This document shows positions 26,136 to 36,465 of a stretch of 64,000 bases of DNA, piece by piece. The stretch's first letter is position 1. Every line of letters starts with the position of its first letter. The translations under genes and the position numbers were made by a program. The notes below the pieces were generated by a model. It did no database searches and was not told the DNA's origin. It was given only the letters and a program-made list of their open reading frames with translations. Source of the stretch: Candidatus Nanohalarchaeota archaeon (GTDB lineage: Archaea; Nanohalarchaeota; Nanosalinia; Nanosalinales; Nanosalinaceae); NCBI GenBank assembly GCA_022729235.1, contig JALDAJ010000001.1, positions 608,001-672,000 on the forward strand, read 5' to 3'.

Positions 26136-26764
26136 AAGAATCCTTCTTGACAGCAGTAGGGTTCACATTTTTGATGATAAGCCTGGGTGTCCTGATAGGC
26201 TTACAAATGGACGATTTCAGAGGAGACCACCTTTCCGACGAACTGAGACAGTCACAGCTGGATTCGGAGACGTTCTCAGTGATCGAATCATACTCTGGCG
26301 CATCCGGGAATAATTACTGTGGACTTCTAGAAGTCCAAATCCCTGAAATAGGGGAGAGAAACGCAGAACTAGGCTCGAGACTGGAGCGGTTCGATGCACA
26401 GAGCCTGGGAGATGACTCTGAGTACGTTTACATACGTGACCGGTACTACAATAACCAGCTCCGGCTTTACATGGCGCTGGAGAGCTACCAGAACGACTGC
26501 AGTGATAACCAGACCAGGATACTCTACTTTTTCGATGACTCTTCGAACAGTGAGAGACAGGGCGCGGTGCTTGATGAAGTTGTAGAAGATAAAGGCGTAC
26601 AGGTCTTCAGTTTCAACGTCAAAGCGGATTCGCCGGTTGTACAGGTACTGGTCCAGAACTACAATATAACAGAACAGCCGACTCTGATTATTAATGGAGA
26701 GACGAAACTGGAGGGATTCATCTCGAGAGGAGAACTCTTGAATGACGTAATCGATAACTCCTAG
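26123..26764 (+). CDS. Membrane-anchored protein with a C-terminal thioredoxin-like fold
   Basis: N-terminal TM, ILYFF...QGAVLD...YNITEQPTLIING. No CxxC. Confidence 0.6.
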   Translation: MDFVKESFLTAVGFTFLMISLGVLIGLQMDDFRGDHLSDELRQSQLDSETFSVIESYSGASGNNYCGLLEVQIPEIGERNAELGSRLERFDAQSLGDDSEYVYIRDRYYNNQLRLYMALESYQNDCSDNQTRILYFFDDSSNSERQGAVLDEVVEDKGVQVFSFNVKADSPVVQVLVQNYNITEQPTLIINGETKLEGFISRGELLNDVIDNS

Positions 26765-26822
26765 CGCTATTTCACTTTCTATCAGATACCTTAAAAACTT
26801 TCAGTAAAAACCAGGATAAGTA

Positions 26823-27131
26823 ATGGAGCTACCCAGAATTGTGGTCGCGGCTGTTCTTGCAGGTCTCTTCCTGGGGCTTATAGCCTATAACTACAGTCCT
26901 GGGAACGGTCCGGACCTTGATGACGGCTACTGCCAGGACGTCGAGGAGAACATACGGGCGAATGCCACGTTTGAAGGCTCTATAGCATGTCATCCTCCTG
27001 ATGCTGAAGAGGTAAGAGGAATCAATGTCTCTCATGATGTAGAGGACAGGACCGACTTAGCATGTGTATGCGTGAACAGTTTCGAGGATAACAGGGAACC
27101 TAATATATTCACGATAAATATCGCGGGCTAA
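26823..27131 (+). CDS. Small membrane-anchored Cys-containing protein
   Basis: N-terminal TM and four Cys. Confidence 0.55.
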   Translation: MELPRIVVAAVLAGLFLGLIAYNYSPGNGPDLDDGYCQDVEENIRANATFEGSIACHPPDAEEVRGINVSHDVEDRTDLACVCVNSFEDNREPNIFTINIAG

Positions 27132-28015
27132 CCCCTGTAACTTCTTGATATCGACAACCTGTTACTTCTCCCTTCTTTCTCCTTAACTACTACCTCATTT
27201 TCCACCAGGTTGGAAACTATGCCCGACACCTTTGCCTTGGAGTAGTCAAGCTCACCGACGATATCTTTCTGCAGCATCGTTCCATCATTATCTCTCAACA
27301 GCTCCAGAACCTCCACCTCATCATGACCTAGATCGCCGTATACGTTTTCTATATCCTCCTGCCTCATACGGCGGAAGGAAAAATAGCCCGTAAGAGCTAC
27401 GAGTGCCGCGACAGTCGCCAGTGCTACCCCTTCATAAAGGTTTATCGGTGTGGAGAAGCGCTCGTAGGCGATCTGGAAATTGACTGTTTCTCCCAGGCTT
27501 GGCTCTGTTTCCCATTCTACAAATATCCGCTGTCCATCACTGTTCGTATTTGCACCAGGGGGCTCGATTACTGACATAGAAACATTTTCCTCGTCAGGCA
27601 GTCCTGCCCCGCGTGGAAGCAGAACCCTGAGACTGAACTCTTCTGTACGGCGGTAAAAATTCTGCGTGTATTCGAAAAGCCTGATGTCCTGTCTCTCAGT
27701 TACAGTATCCGACACCTTGAAACCCATTTGAACGTTGAAACTTTCCTCTGGAGGAGGTTCGCAGCTTATCTCAGACCCTATCTGTAAGCGGGTTACCTCA
27801 CAGTCAGCAGTCGCCCCGTCGATGGCGACCTCTACATCATCTATAGGATAATTGACAAGGTATGTGAAGCGGTTAGCGGTTAAATCGCTTACAGTCATAT
27901 CAACTTCAACGGACTGATCTGCGAGATCGATCAGAACATCCTCGTTCTGTATGGTTGTGGCGGCAGCTGAAGATACCATGAAGACGGCAAAACATGCCGC
28001 GATGAACTTTCTCAT
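27128..28015 (-). CDS. Membrane-spanning protein: signal peptide, extracellular domain, TM, cytoplasmic winged HTH
   Basis: Start taken at MRKFIAAC. C-terminal MLQKDIV...SKAKVS...GRSN. Confidence 0.75.
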   Translation of the reverse strand: MRKFIAACFAVFMVSSAAATTIQNEDVLIDLADQSVEVDMTVSDLTANRFTYLVNYPIDDVEVAIDGATADCEVTRLQIGSEISCEPPPEESFNVQMGFKVSDTVTERQDIRLFEYTQNFYRRTEEFSLRVLLPRGAGLPDEENVSMSVIEPPGANTNSDGQRIFVEWETEPSLGETVNFQIAYERFSTPINLYEGVALATVAALVALTGYFSFRRMRQEDIENVYGDLGHDEVEVLELLRDNDGTMLQKDIVGELDYSKAKVSGIVSNLVENEVVVKEKEGRSNRLSISRSYRG

Positions 28016-28049
28016 GAATTTCTTTCCCGTTTTCAACGTTAAATAGGTT

Positions 28050-28451
28050 TTACTCGTTTGCCCTTGAGATAAGAACTCCTCCAGGACCCATCTGCGCGTA
28101 CTGGTGCATGGTGCTTGCAACGTTCTGCAGTGCTTCCTGGGCTTCTCTCAACTTCATCTCGTAGTCATCCGGACCCTCAATCTGCACGTAAGTAGGTCCG
28201 TAATTGATGACTGTCTGGATAGCCCTGTCGAACCCGTCCAGCTTTACTCTTACCTCTGCGATCTGGGAGTAACCAATATCCATGTCCGGGTGAGGATTTT
28301 CCACTTCTGATACTTCATCGACTTCAGATTCAATTATTTCAACGCGTTCCTCAGTACCAAGCGCCTCCACATGGTCTTCCAGCGCACCCTCAAGCGCTTT
28401 TCTTTCAGGGGCGACAGCCTCAAAAGCCATCCAAAGCTTCAGTTTCTCCAT
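28050..28451 (-). CDS. Hypothetical protein
   Basis: 133 aa acidic ORF containing INYGPTYVQIEGP. Confidence 0.65.
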   Translation of the reverse strand: MEKLKLWMAFEAVAPERKALEGALEDHVEALGTEERVEIIESEVDEVSEVENPHPDMDIGYSQIAEVRVKLDGFDRAIQTVINYGPTYVQIEGPDDYEMKLREAQEALQNVASTMHQYAQMGPGGVLISRANE

Positions 28452-28531
28452 GTTTCCTGGCTTAACCCTGAATCTTTAAAGCCGTACCGACCTGTCGAAC
28501 CAATTTAAACCGCCAGTACGATTCTAAAACT

Positions 28532-28963
28532 ATGGAAGAACAGGAGAAAATCGAGGAAGTAAGGCACAGGCTTGAAGAGATAGGAGGAGAGTATGGCATA
28601 GACCAGATAGAGCTCGGTAAACTCCTTATAGTGGTTTCTGCCTCTGTTCTGATGGTTTCAATCCCTGCAGCAATGGCTTTTCACAGCGCTCTAGGTAGTG
28701 TAGAATCGACCCAGGAAAACATGAGCCAGGCAGCAGATTTCGTCCAGTCCAGCAGCTTCCAGTCAGAACTCGATAACCTGGTCATGCAGGAGGACGGAGA
28801 CCAGTTTCTCTGGGCGTACCAAGGGTTTCAGAGGGCGGGAGATGCAGCTGAAGGGCTTGAAGAAACTTCTGATGACATGGAGGAGAGATACACGGTCTTC
28901 CAGTGGATAAGTCTCCTCGCCATACTCGGGCTTGTATCTGGAATCACCATCATCTATTTGTAA
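28532..28963 (+). CDS. Hypothetical two-TM protein
   Basis: Two hydrophobic segments. TTTAAA box about 25 nt upstream. Confidence 0.6.
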   Translation: MEEQEKIEEVRHRLEEIGGEYGIDQIELGKLLIVVSASVLMVSIPAAMAFHSALGSVESTQENMSQAADFVQSSSFQSELDNLVMQEDGDQFLWAYQGFQRAGDAAEGLEETSDDMEERYTVFQWISLLAILGLVSGITIIYL

Positions 28964-28988
28964 ACCGCTAAAAAATCTAGTTTTAAGG

Positions 28989-30311
28989 ATGAGAAGACTC
29001 TTCCCGGTCCTGTTCCTGGTTTTCTTTATCCTGGGAGCAGCAGGACAGGAAACACCGCAACCTACGCTGCAGGAGATAGAGATTTATGACGTGGAAGGCT
29101 TGAGCGCCTCGGACCGTGAGACCGGGGGATACCTGGTAACTTCAGGTATCAATCAGACTTTCAGTATCAACCACTCGGAGAGGTACCACGAGTACAGGTT
29201 CGAGTTTATAATAGAAAATGAGGGAGATGGAGAATGGAATCTGGATGATGGAGACGTTATGGAGCACGAGAACCTTGACCCTGGGTGGGGAATCGATGAA
29301 AGCGGTGATGTCTGGTACAACACTACCAGTGAACGGTACTTCGGCGGGGCTTTCCAGGACGGGGACATAGAGTGGGACACCTCCCCGGGGGGAACAGTTG
29401 GAACAGGAGAAACACTTTTCGCGAAGTACGTGGTCAACATCTCCACGGAAGCTGAGGATCTCAGAGACCAGTACTTCCTGGTCAACACGACGGATGATGA
29501 ATACGAGGGTAGTGAGGACTACCATGAGCTTGATGTGAAACGGTTCGGCGCCCTATACCCTGTACTGGTAGAACCTCCAAATGACACTAAAGTCCAGAAA
29601 AACAGGTTCTTCGAGATGATGGCGGAAGTAACGTGTCTCGAAGGAGTATGCGGAGAGGTTGACACCTCCATAAGATACAATGAGACCGGTGATGCTGACA
29701 CCCTGGTACAGGAAAACAGTGCAGAACCGTTCTACACCAACGCATCCAACACGGCGACATGTTCCGCGGATTTAGGGCTTGACGAGACCTGCTCGGAGAG
29801 ATTCTTCGTGAACGCCACGGGTGAGACTGAGTCCTACCACCTGCTCGACACCAATGCGAGTTCGAGCTACAGCGACATCGATAACAACAGCTCTGATGAC
29901 AACCAGGTGCAGATAAACGAGGTCCTTATGGTTGATGCACAGTTCGATGCTGTTGAATTCGGGTTACTGGACCCGGGAACTGAGAACAGCTCCGCGACAG
30001 GTAACGAAGACCTGGCTTACAACATCAGTATACCCGAAGAGAGCAACACAGTTGACAACCTCTGGATAAGGGCTACCGAGATGGAGTCGCAGGAACGCGA
30101 GGATTACAACATCCAGCCCGGGAACGCCTCCTACAGCACCGAGAACGATGTAGATACGTCTGAAAGACTTTCAAGTAGCTACCAGTTACTGGCTAATAAC
30201 CTGGTTCCTGGTAGCGTGCTCACAACTTTTTACTGGCTTGACGTACCGTACGGCATATATCAGGGAGGATACAACGGGACGCTTTACTTCAAGGTGAATT
30301 CCACGGGGTGA
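28989..30311 (+). CDS. Secreted glycoprotein with a C-terminal WxL/pilin-like domain
   Basis: Signal peptide MRRLFPV, many N-x-S/T sequons, C-terminus YWLDVPYGIYQGGYNGTLYFKV, no TM anchor. Confidence 0.65.
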   Translation: MRRLFPVLFLVFFILGAAGQETPQPTLQEIEIYDVEGLSASDRETGGYLVTSGINQTFSINHSERYHEYRFEFIIENEGDGEWNLDDGDVMEHENLDPGWGIDESGDVWYNTTSERYFGGAFQDGDIEWDTSPGGTVGTGETLFAKYVVNISTEAEDLRDQYFLVNTTDDEYEGSEDYHELDVKRFGALYPVLVEPPNDTKVQKNRFFEMMAEVTCLEGVCGEVDTSIRYNETGDADTLVQENSAEPFYTNASNTATCSADLGLDETCSERFFVNATGETESYHLLDTNASSSYSDIDNNSSDDNQVQINEVLMVDAQFDAVEFGLLDPGTENSSATGNEDLAYNISIPEESNTVDNLWIRATEMESQEREDYNIQPGNASYSTENDVDTSERLSSSYQLLANNLVPGSVLTTFYWLDVPYGIYQGGYNGTLYFKVNSTG

Positions 30312-30315
30312 TCCA

Positions 30316-30999
30316 GTGAGGAAACCGATTCTTATCCTGGTCCTGTTAATGTTCACCTTACAGGTATCCGCATTCGGCACCATGATAGAGACCTCGGAGA
30401 AAACTGTTGAAGGTCTTTCCGCTGATTACACGGTCTACCTCTTTAATATGGGTGAGGAAGAGATCGAAGTAGAATTTGAGGTGTCGGGTCTGGAGAGAGC
30501 AGACTACTCCGGTCTAGAGAACATTCTGGTCGGACCTTCTAACGTCAGCGAAGAGCCGAGGGAAGGATGGAGCTACATCGATGGGAGGTACGTTGAGCCT
30601 GCAGAGGAAAGCTTTACGGTCCAGATGGATAGACAACGGGAAAATAGTTCGATGGACTTCCAGCTTGAGGTGACGGCACGCCTCCCGGATGACGCGGAGA
30701 GAACTATTCGCCAGGAAATAGTGCATGAACGCGTGCATGACCTCCGGATGGAGACCCGGACCGTGATAATAGACCCAGAGGATGAAGAGGAGCAGGAGCT
30801 GTGGAGAGAGGTTAACGCTACAGAAAGAGAGGGAATGGAAGAATTCCGGGGTGAGAGGGAGGAAGAAAATGGAGAACTTGTAGAGAATAATATGACAGGT
30901 GAAGACACTGAAGGTAGTGATAGAGGCTCTGTAAACACGCTAACGTTTGTATTAGTCGCAGGGATACTGCTTATGTCAGCCTACCTGTTGACTGTGTAG
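30316..30999 (+). CDS. Surface protein with signal peptide and C-terminal TM
   Basis: Signal peptide, LFNMG Ig-like motif, C-terminal TM. Confidence 0.65.
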   Translation: MRKPILILVLLMFTLQVSAFGTMIETSEKTVEGLSADYTVYLFNMGEEEIEVEFEVSGLERADYSGLENILVGPSNVSEEPREGWSYIDGRYVEPAEESFTVQMDRQRENSSMDFQLEVTARLPDDAERTIRQEIVHERVHDLRMETRTVIIDPEDEEEQELWREVNATEREGMEEFRGEREEENGELVENNMTGEDTEGSDRGSVNTLTFVLVAGILLMSAYLLTV

Positions 31000-31105
31000 T
31001 TTGGAAACATCTTTTAACCGGAAATACAAAGCATAGAGTGAGGGGGAGGGAAAAATAGTAGCCGGTAGATCCTGGGAAGACTTCCGGTTCCGGAGAGGTC
31101 TAAAA

Positions 31106-33232
31106 ATGGAGAACAACTTATTCACGCTGGGCTTAGCCGCCCTTCTACTGGTAGCTGCAGCCGCAGCTGTAGATACATTTGATGATTCAGAGATCCATGT
31201 GAACGTTAATGATTCCTGCCAGGTCTCCCTTTACAACTTTGAACAACCCGGTTTCGGGTTTGAACACCACCGGAAGATAGGTTTCGGAGGTAACGGGACA
31301 TGGGGAAATGATGGTCCGGTAACTGTCGTAAACACCGGGAACCAGAACGCGAGCTACCTTTTTAACCTGTCGATATATCCTTCCACAAAACCGGAGATAG
31401 AAACTATTGCTCCGGAGCAGAACGATACCTTCAGCATCGAGGACGGGGAGGAGACAGAGGTGACCTTTGAATACAGGTTTGAGGCATTCTCGGGAGAAGA
31501 GGCGGTTGCGGATTTGCTGATAAAGGAGGACTCTGAGGAAGAATACTCTACCATAGATACACAGAACCAGACAGCGAGCGATGGCTCCGTCCTGTACGAA
31601 CAAACACAGGATCTGCCGGAGGGGGAGCACTTTTACATGGTAGAGGTGGAGTCAGCCCACGGAAAGGTGTATCACACAGAGCCGGTTGGTTTCGCGGTTG
31701 GAGACGATAATAACGCGTCTATGCCTGATAAAGGTGCGGACATGGATTTCAAACCAATGGATATCAACGTGCAGCCAAATCCTGAAGAGTACACTGACAA
31801 CACGACATTATCCGCTAACTGGGCGGCAAACGAGTCTATCCCCGGGGATTTCCCTCCCCGTGAAAATCTGGGTATAGACTTCACGGCTAACTACCCGCCC
31901 GCGAACTACACAGGAAACGCGACTGTTGAATACGTATGCGGAGACTTGGCAGAACTGGAGGATGACAGGCAGAATGATACCATAACTTATGACTACAGTT
32001 TCGAGAGGATGACAGGGATACTTGAGATAGTTGAGATAGAGGAGGATGGTGAGGCGCCTGACGAGGCGGGTGAAGAAGATGAAACTGACTACGAACTACC
32101 TCCTGAGCTGGAGTCGATACTGGAGGATGCAGAGATAGACCTGGATGATCCAGATGTAGAGGAGGATGTCGAGTTAAACCTGAGCGCTGTCGTCGAATAC
32201 CTGAATGAGACGGGTGAAATAGACATAGATGACCCGGACAGGGAGGAAGACGCTAGACTGGAACTGGACGCCATACTTGAACACTTCGAAGAGGATGCTG
32301 AACCGAGGGAGGGAGACGACCCGGAATTCCCGGGAGAAACACCAGTACCTGACCCGTCTCCTGAACTCGTCGTGGAGATGACGCCTGTAGAAAGCAGTTA
32401 CAACGCCACGCCGGGACAGTTTGCGCCCATGGAGCTCAGTGTGCAGAATGTTGGAGGAACGGATGTTGATGATATCGATATAGATCCCAGGATAGATGAA
32501 ATTATGCCTGGCTGGGAGGTGGAGGGCTCGCAGATTTCTTCGTTACCGCAGGGCGCAAATATCACGAGAACGGTCTTTGTTCAACCAGCAGAGACCGCGC
32601 AACCTGGCGAGTACCTAGTCCCTGTCGATGCCTATGACGGGAATAACACAAGAATCGATCTGGAGTACGTAAATCTGGAGGTGGAGGACGTACCCGCGTT
32701 CTTTAACCGGATGAGATTCACCGATGTCCCTAGGACAATCGCGATTGAGGAAGGAGACGAGCAGACATATCCGGTCATGATAGAGAATATAGGTCGGGAA
32801 GACCTTGAGAATATAGAGTTTGAGGCGCAGAACATCGATGACTGCGGAACTTTCTCCGCGCCAGTGGTTGATGAGCTTCAAGAGGGCGAGTCAGTATCCG
32901 CCAGTCTAGAGATCGCCGCGACTGATTCGACGGGAGAATGCGAGATAAATGTGATAGCCTCATCGGATGAGGGTGCTTACACCTTCGCTGATATGACGGT
33001 AACGGTTATCCCGGAGGATGCGTTGATACCTCCTGAGCAGAGAGTGCCGTTGATAGCCTTTGTATGGACGTTCCTCCTAGCAGGCTACGGTGTATCCGTC
33101 CGGAAGTTTGACCTGCAGTCCTTTGGTCTGAAGCTTCCGCTGGTTTTACTGGTGATAGGGCAGACCGTGATTATACTCTACCTTGCGACTAACACTTATG
33201 GTGTGCTTCCCTCGGAGATATTCCCGTTCTGA
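31106..33232 (+). CDS. Large surface protein with Ig-like (CARDB/NEW3-like) domains and C-terminal TMs
   Basis: VQNVGG...AQPGEY, IENIG, acidic repeats. Confidence 0.7.
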   Translation: MENNLFTLGLAALLLVAAAAAVDTFDDSEIHVNVNDSCQVSLYNFEQPGFGFEHHRKIGFGGNGTWGNDGPVTVVNTGNQNASYLFNLSIYPSTKPEIETIAPEQNDTFSIEDGEETEVTFEYRFEAFSGEEAVADLLIKEDSEEEYSTIDTQNQTASDGSVLYEQTQDLPEGEHFYMVEVESAHGKVYHTEPVGFAVGDDNNASMPDKGADMDFKPMDINVQPNPEEYTDNTTLSANWAANESIPGDFPPRENLGIDFTANYPPANYTGNATVEYVCGDLAELEDDRQNDTITYDYSFERMTGILEIVEIEEDGEAPDEAGEEDETDYELPPELESILEDAEIDLDDPDVEEDVELNLSAVVEYLNETGEIDIDDPDREEDARLELDAILEHFEEDAEPREGDDPEFPGETPVPDPSPELVVEMTPVESSYNATPGQFAPMELSVQNVGGTDVDDIDIDPRIDEIMPGWEVEGSQISSLPQGANITRTVFVQPAETAQPGEYLVPVDAYDGNNTRIDLEYVNLEVEDVPAFFNRMRFTDVPRTIAIEEGDEQTYPVMIENIGREDLENIEFEAQNIDDCGTFSAPVVDELQEGESVSASLEIAATDSTGECEINVIASSDEGAYTFADMTVTVIPEDALIPPEQRVPLIAFVWTFLLAGYGVSVRKFDLQSFGLKLPLVLLVIGQTVIILYLATNTYGVLPSEIFPF

Positions 33233-33747
33233 TTCTCTATAACCATTTCCAGTGACAGGATAACACCGACTGCTACTATAAGTAGTACCGAGGCTGTCAT
33301 CGAGGATACACCTGCTTCTATTATCTCCGAAACTGCAGCTAAATCACCTTTACCCAGTCCAAGAGTCACTGACAGGAACATCCCTGCCGAAACCATCCCG
33401 GCGAGTTTCTCCCTGAAATCTCCTGCCCTGAGACCGGCCAGGAGCGTTAAAGCACCAGCAGTTATAGTGGCAGCGTAGCCTGAAAGATAAAAGGCAAGAA
33501 GTTCGGTGTTACCGAGACCGCAGTAAGGGGAAACAGTTCCATGCAGACCGGAAAGAAATGAAAACCCCAGGCTGAACCCGTAGTTACATCCTGTGTATTC
33601 GAGCACGGATATGTGACCTAGTTCGTGTATGAGCGGACCAATAATGAGGAAGCAGGTAAAGAATGCTCCTGAAATCACCAGATTTTCCAGCAGTTTTTCT
33701 CTCCTCTCAGAGCTTTCCAGGTCTTTCAAGTGTTTATCTGGATACAT
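33196..33747 (-). CDS. Membrane zinc metalloprotease-like protein
   Basis: IHELGH (HExxH) within a TM segment, and a later GD motif. Confidence 0.65.
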   Translation of the reverse strand: MYPDKHLKDLESSERREKLLENLVISGAFFTCFLIIGPLIHELGHISVLEYTGCNYGFSLGFSFLSGLHGTVSPYCGLGNTELLAFYLSGYAATITAGALTLLAGLRAGDFREKLAGMVSAGMFLSVTLGLGKGDLAAVSEIIEAGVSSMTASVLLIVAVGVILSLEMVIENQNGNISEGSTP

Positions 33748-35372
33748 CAGTATCCCTTGACTACCTTTCTCGAGGCATTTATTATCTCGTCTATGTCGGA
33801 GACGTCAAGATCGCCAGTGTACTGGTCGACATGCATCCCGTCGAAGAACTCTCTTAACGTCTCCACGTTCTTACCTCTCTTATCCCGGATCTTGTCCGCT
33901 AGTTCCCTGTAAGTAAGTTCTCTCTCGATTCCCTCTTTGTATTCAAGGTAGCCTTTCATGATTTGAGCAGTCTTTATAGCGGCTTCTTCCTCATTTTCCA
34001 GGTCCTTGTACTTCTCAAGCAGCTCCAGTACTTTCCTATCCCGCGCGCCGTTATCGTTGTCGCTTTCGTCACCGCCGCGTTTAAGGATGTCGCGTACACT
34101 GTTCCGGAAATCCCGGATATCATCGAGCTGATCTCTGAAACTACTGCTTTCTTCCTCTTCTTCCTCATGTCCTACAGCACCCATGAGCATCTCAAGTTCC
34201 TCTTCCGCCTCTTCTCTCATCTCCTCCATTTCCTCCTCTTCAACTTCATGGTCTTCAGACTTGCTGCCGGCACCAATAACTTCTACCTCTCCGCTATCTT
34301 CCTCCATCGACTGCTTTATCTTCTTGAGGTCGTCGATGCTAGCCTTCCTGAGAACTTCCCTGTCAAAATCGTCTTCAAGTTCCTCTATAAGTTCTTCTCT
34401 CTCCGTTTTATCATCTCTCAGTTTCTTAAGCTCGTCAAGGGTTAACTCTTCCAGCTGCTCATCGCTCATGTCAACGTCCAGTTCTTCAAGTATCTCTTTC
34501 TTCTCCTCCAGTTCAGGATTGGTTTCATCCTCGTCTTCCTGCTCTTCTATGTCTTCTCCAGGGTCTTCTTCCCAGTCTTCTATGTCTTCATCCTCTATTT
34601 CTTCCAGTTCCTCGTTTTCGTCTTCTCCAGCCTCCTCTTCTTCATCTAGTTCCCCTGAATCTTCGGCATCATCTTCATCATCGAGTTCCTCACCTTCTTC
34701 TCCTGTTTCTTGATCTTCTAATGATTCTTCGTTTTGTATAGACTTCATAGCCTCGGCGATATCTCCTGTAGAAGAGTCTATACTGTCCGCGAGCCTGTCC
34801 ACTTTTTCTTCCGGCTCAAGTTTCTCCATATCTCTTTCCAGCTGTTCGAGGTCTTCCTCCAGCTCTTCGACGTCTTCCTCGACGTTCTGGATGTCTGAGG
34901 CAGCCTGTATCTCTGCTATCTCCTTTTTTATAAGCTCGATAGCGGTTTTCCGGTTCTTCAATGACTCCTCGGCTTCAAGGAGTTCCTCCAGCGCCTCTGT
35001 AGAGAGTGATCGTGCCTCGATGAATGCCTGGAGTTCATCCACGGTCCCGCTCGTAACTTCTATCAGGCGCTCTACTTCGATGTGGTCTGTGTTAACGGCG
35101 TTTGAGAAGTCCTCTTGGTTGTCCACCTGCTCTATTATACTCTTTATCTTCCTGACATCTTCCCTGGCTTCCTCAAGCAGACCGTCATCCTCTTCTTCCA
35201 GTCTCTTACCCAGTATCTTTTTCGCCGACTTCCTGTCCTTACCCGCTTTCTCCGCCTCAAGAAGGGTCATGACCTGCTCATCTGACAGGTCACGCATCTC
35301 GACGTATCTCTCCAGCTCTTCTACTGTACCGCTAAGGGCTTCTACAACTTCGACTGTGCCGAGTTCTTCCAT
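33747..35372 (-). CDS. Very acidic coiled-coil protein with two N-terminal helical repeats
   Basis: Two copies of GTVxEL...LLEAE...K[DN]RK[ST]A and a long D/E tract. Confidence 0.7.
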   Translation of the reverse strand: MEELGTVEVVEALSGTVEELERYVEMRDLSDEQVMTLLEAEKAGKDRKSAKKILGKRLEEEDDGLLEEAREDVRKIKSIIEQVDNQEDFSNAVNTDHIEVERLIEVTSGTVDELQAFIEARSLSTEALEELLEAEESLKNRKTAIELIKKEIAEIQAASDIQNVEEDVEELEEDLEQLERDMEKLEPEEKVDRLADSIDSSTGDIAEAMKSIQNEESLEDQETGEEGEELDDEDDAEDSGELDEEEEAGEDENEELEEIEDEDIEDWEEDPGEDIEEQEDEDETNPELEEKKEILEELDVDMSDEQLEELTLDELKKLRDDKTEREELIEELEDDFDREVLRKASIDDLKKIKQSMEEDSGEVEVIGAGSKSEDHEVEEEEMEEMREEAEEELEMLMGAVGHEEEEEESSSFRDQLDDIRDFRNSVRDILKRGGDESDNDNGARDRKVLELLEKYKDLENEEEAAIKTAQIMKGYLEYKEGIERELTYRELADKIRDKRGKNVETLREFFDGMHVDQYTGDLDVSDIDEIINASRKVVKGY

Positions 35373-35407
35373 CTCTGGGAACTATTTGAAATTGGTTAAA
35401 TAAGGGT

Positions 35408-36358
35408 TTATGGAAGGATGCTGTAACGAGTGGAACCTAGTACCCACTCAAGGAGCAGGAGAATCAGTGTGGCGTAGATAAAGTAAATTGAAACGCTGGT
35501 CTCTACCTCTCGCTCCTCAAGCTCCATGATTTCCTCCCGGAGCTCCGTACCGTTGTTTACTGTGCTGAACTCTCCACCGGTCTGTTCTGCCACGCGCCTT
35601 AATTCGTTCTCGTTGATGTTCGGGTAGACAGCTCTCGTGGCGTTCTCCCCACCTATTATCTCGTACTCTGTCCGCACCTCGCTTTCATCACCTATACCGA
35701 CTGTATGCACTGTTGTATTATGGGTCTGGGCGAACCGGATGGATTCGTTTACAGGTGTTCCGGCGCTGCTCTCACTGCCGGTGATGACGATAACAGTCCC
35801 GGAACGGTTAGTTTCCAGGAGCATCGAGGTCGAGGTGTGGACCGCATCTCCCAGTGCCGAACCTGCTATTTCTCCTACATCTACCGTGTTGACCTGTAAC
35901 GATGCGCTCTCGTAGTCAGAGGTCATGTCTACGTCTCTTGAAATATCTCCGGCGAAGGAGACTACTCCTACCTCAGAGTCTCCTTCCATCTGTGATATAA
36001 ACTCCGAGGTCATCTGCTTGGATGCCTCGAGCCGTGTCGGTTCTATATCGTCGGTAAGCATGGAACTGGACGAGTCTATCGCGAAGACGACGTCGGTATC
36101 CGGTGCCTGCACCTCTTCCACCAGTGCAGGCGATGAAAGACCGATAATCAGGAGAGTCAGCGCCCCTATCCTTGTCAGGAGCACGATATTGCTTGACTTG
36201 AGAAAGTTCTTCCCGGCCACTTTCTGCAGGGTCTCATAGTTCCCGAACTTCATCGCTCTCTGCCTGTTCTTCTTCGTTGCCCCGATGTAAAGCACGATAG
36301 CAAGCCCGTTCACAAGCAAGAGCAGCCACGCGTACTCGTTGGTCAGTACCAGACGCAT
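35408..36358 (-). CDS. BatA-like vWA domain membrane protein
   Basis: N-terminal TMs, MIDAS-like DSSSSM, PTRL, C-terminal LLLEW. Confidence 0.88.
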   Translation of the reverse strand: MRLVLTNEYAWLLLLVNGLAIVLYIGATKKNRQRAMKFGNYETLQKVAGKNFLKSSNIVLLTRIGALTLLIIGLSSPALVEEVQAPDTDVVFAIDSSSSMLTDDIEPTRLEASKQMTSEFISQMEGDSEVGVVSFAGDISRDVDMTSDYESASLQVNTVDVGEIAGSALGDAVHTSTSMLLETNRSGTVIVITGSESSAGTPVNESIRFAQTHNTTVHTVGIGDESEVRTEYEIIGGENATRAVYPNINENELRRVAEQTGGEFSTVNNGTELREEIMELEEREVETSVSIYFIYATLILLLLEWVLGSTRYSILP

Positions 36359-36359
36359 G

Positions 36360-36462
36360 TGAAAACCTCCTCCGCTCGTTTTCTATAATATGATTTTCTT
36401 CCAGAAAACACGGTCTGAAACTCGCTCCGCTCATTTCTTGAGATCTCTTCTAACGAAGACAT
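36360..36462 (-). repeat. Palindromic/repeat intergenic element inside the MoxR operon
   Basis: GAGCGGAG occurs twice, with GTTTTCT...AGAAAAC inverted repeats. Confidence 0.5.
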
Positions 36463-36465
36463 CTT

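Noticed and set aside
34183-34713. Long Ser-rich antisense ORFs (also 47696-48433, 63240-63980 and many others in the track)
   Set aside because: Shadow frames of Glu/Asp-rich genes on the opposite strand.
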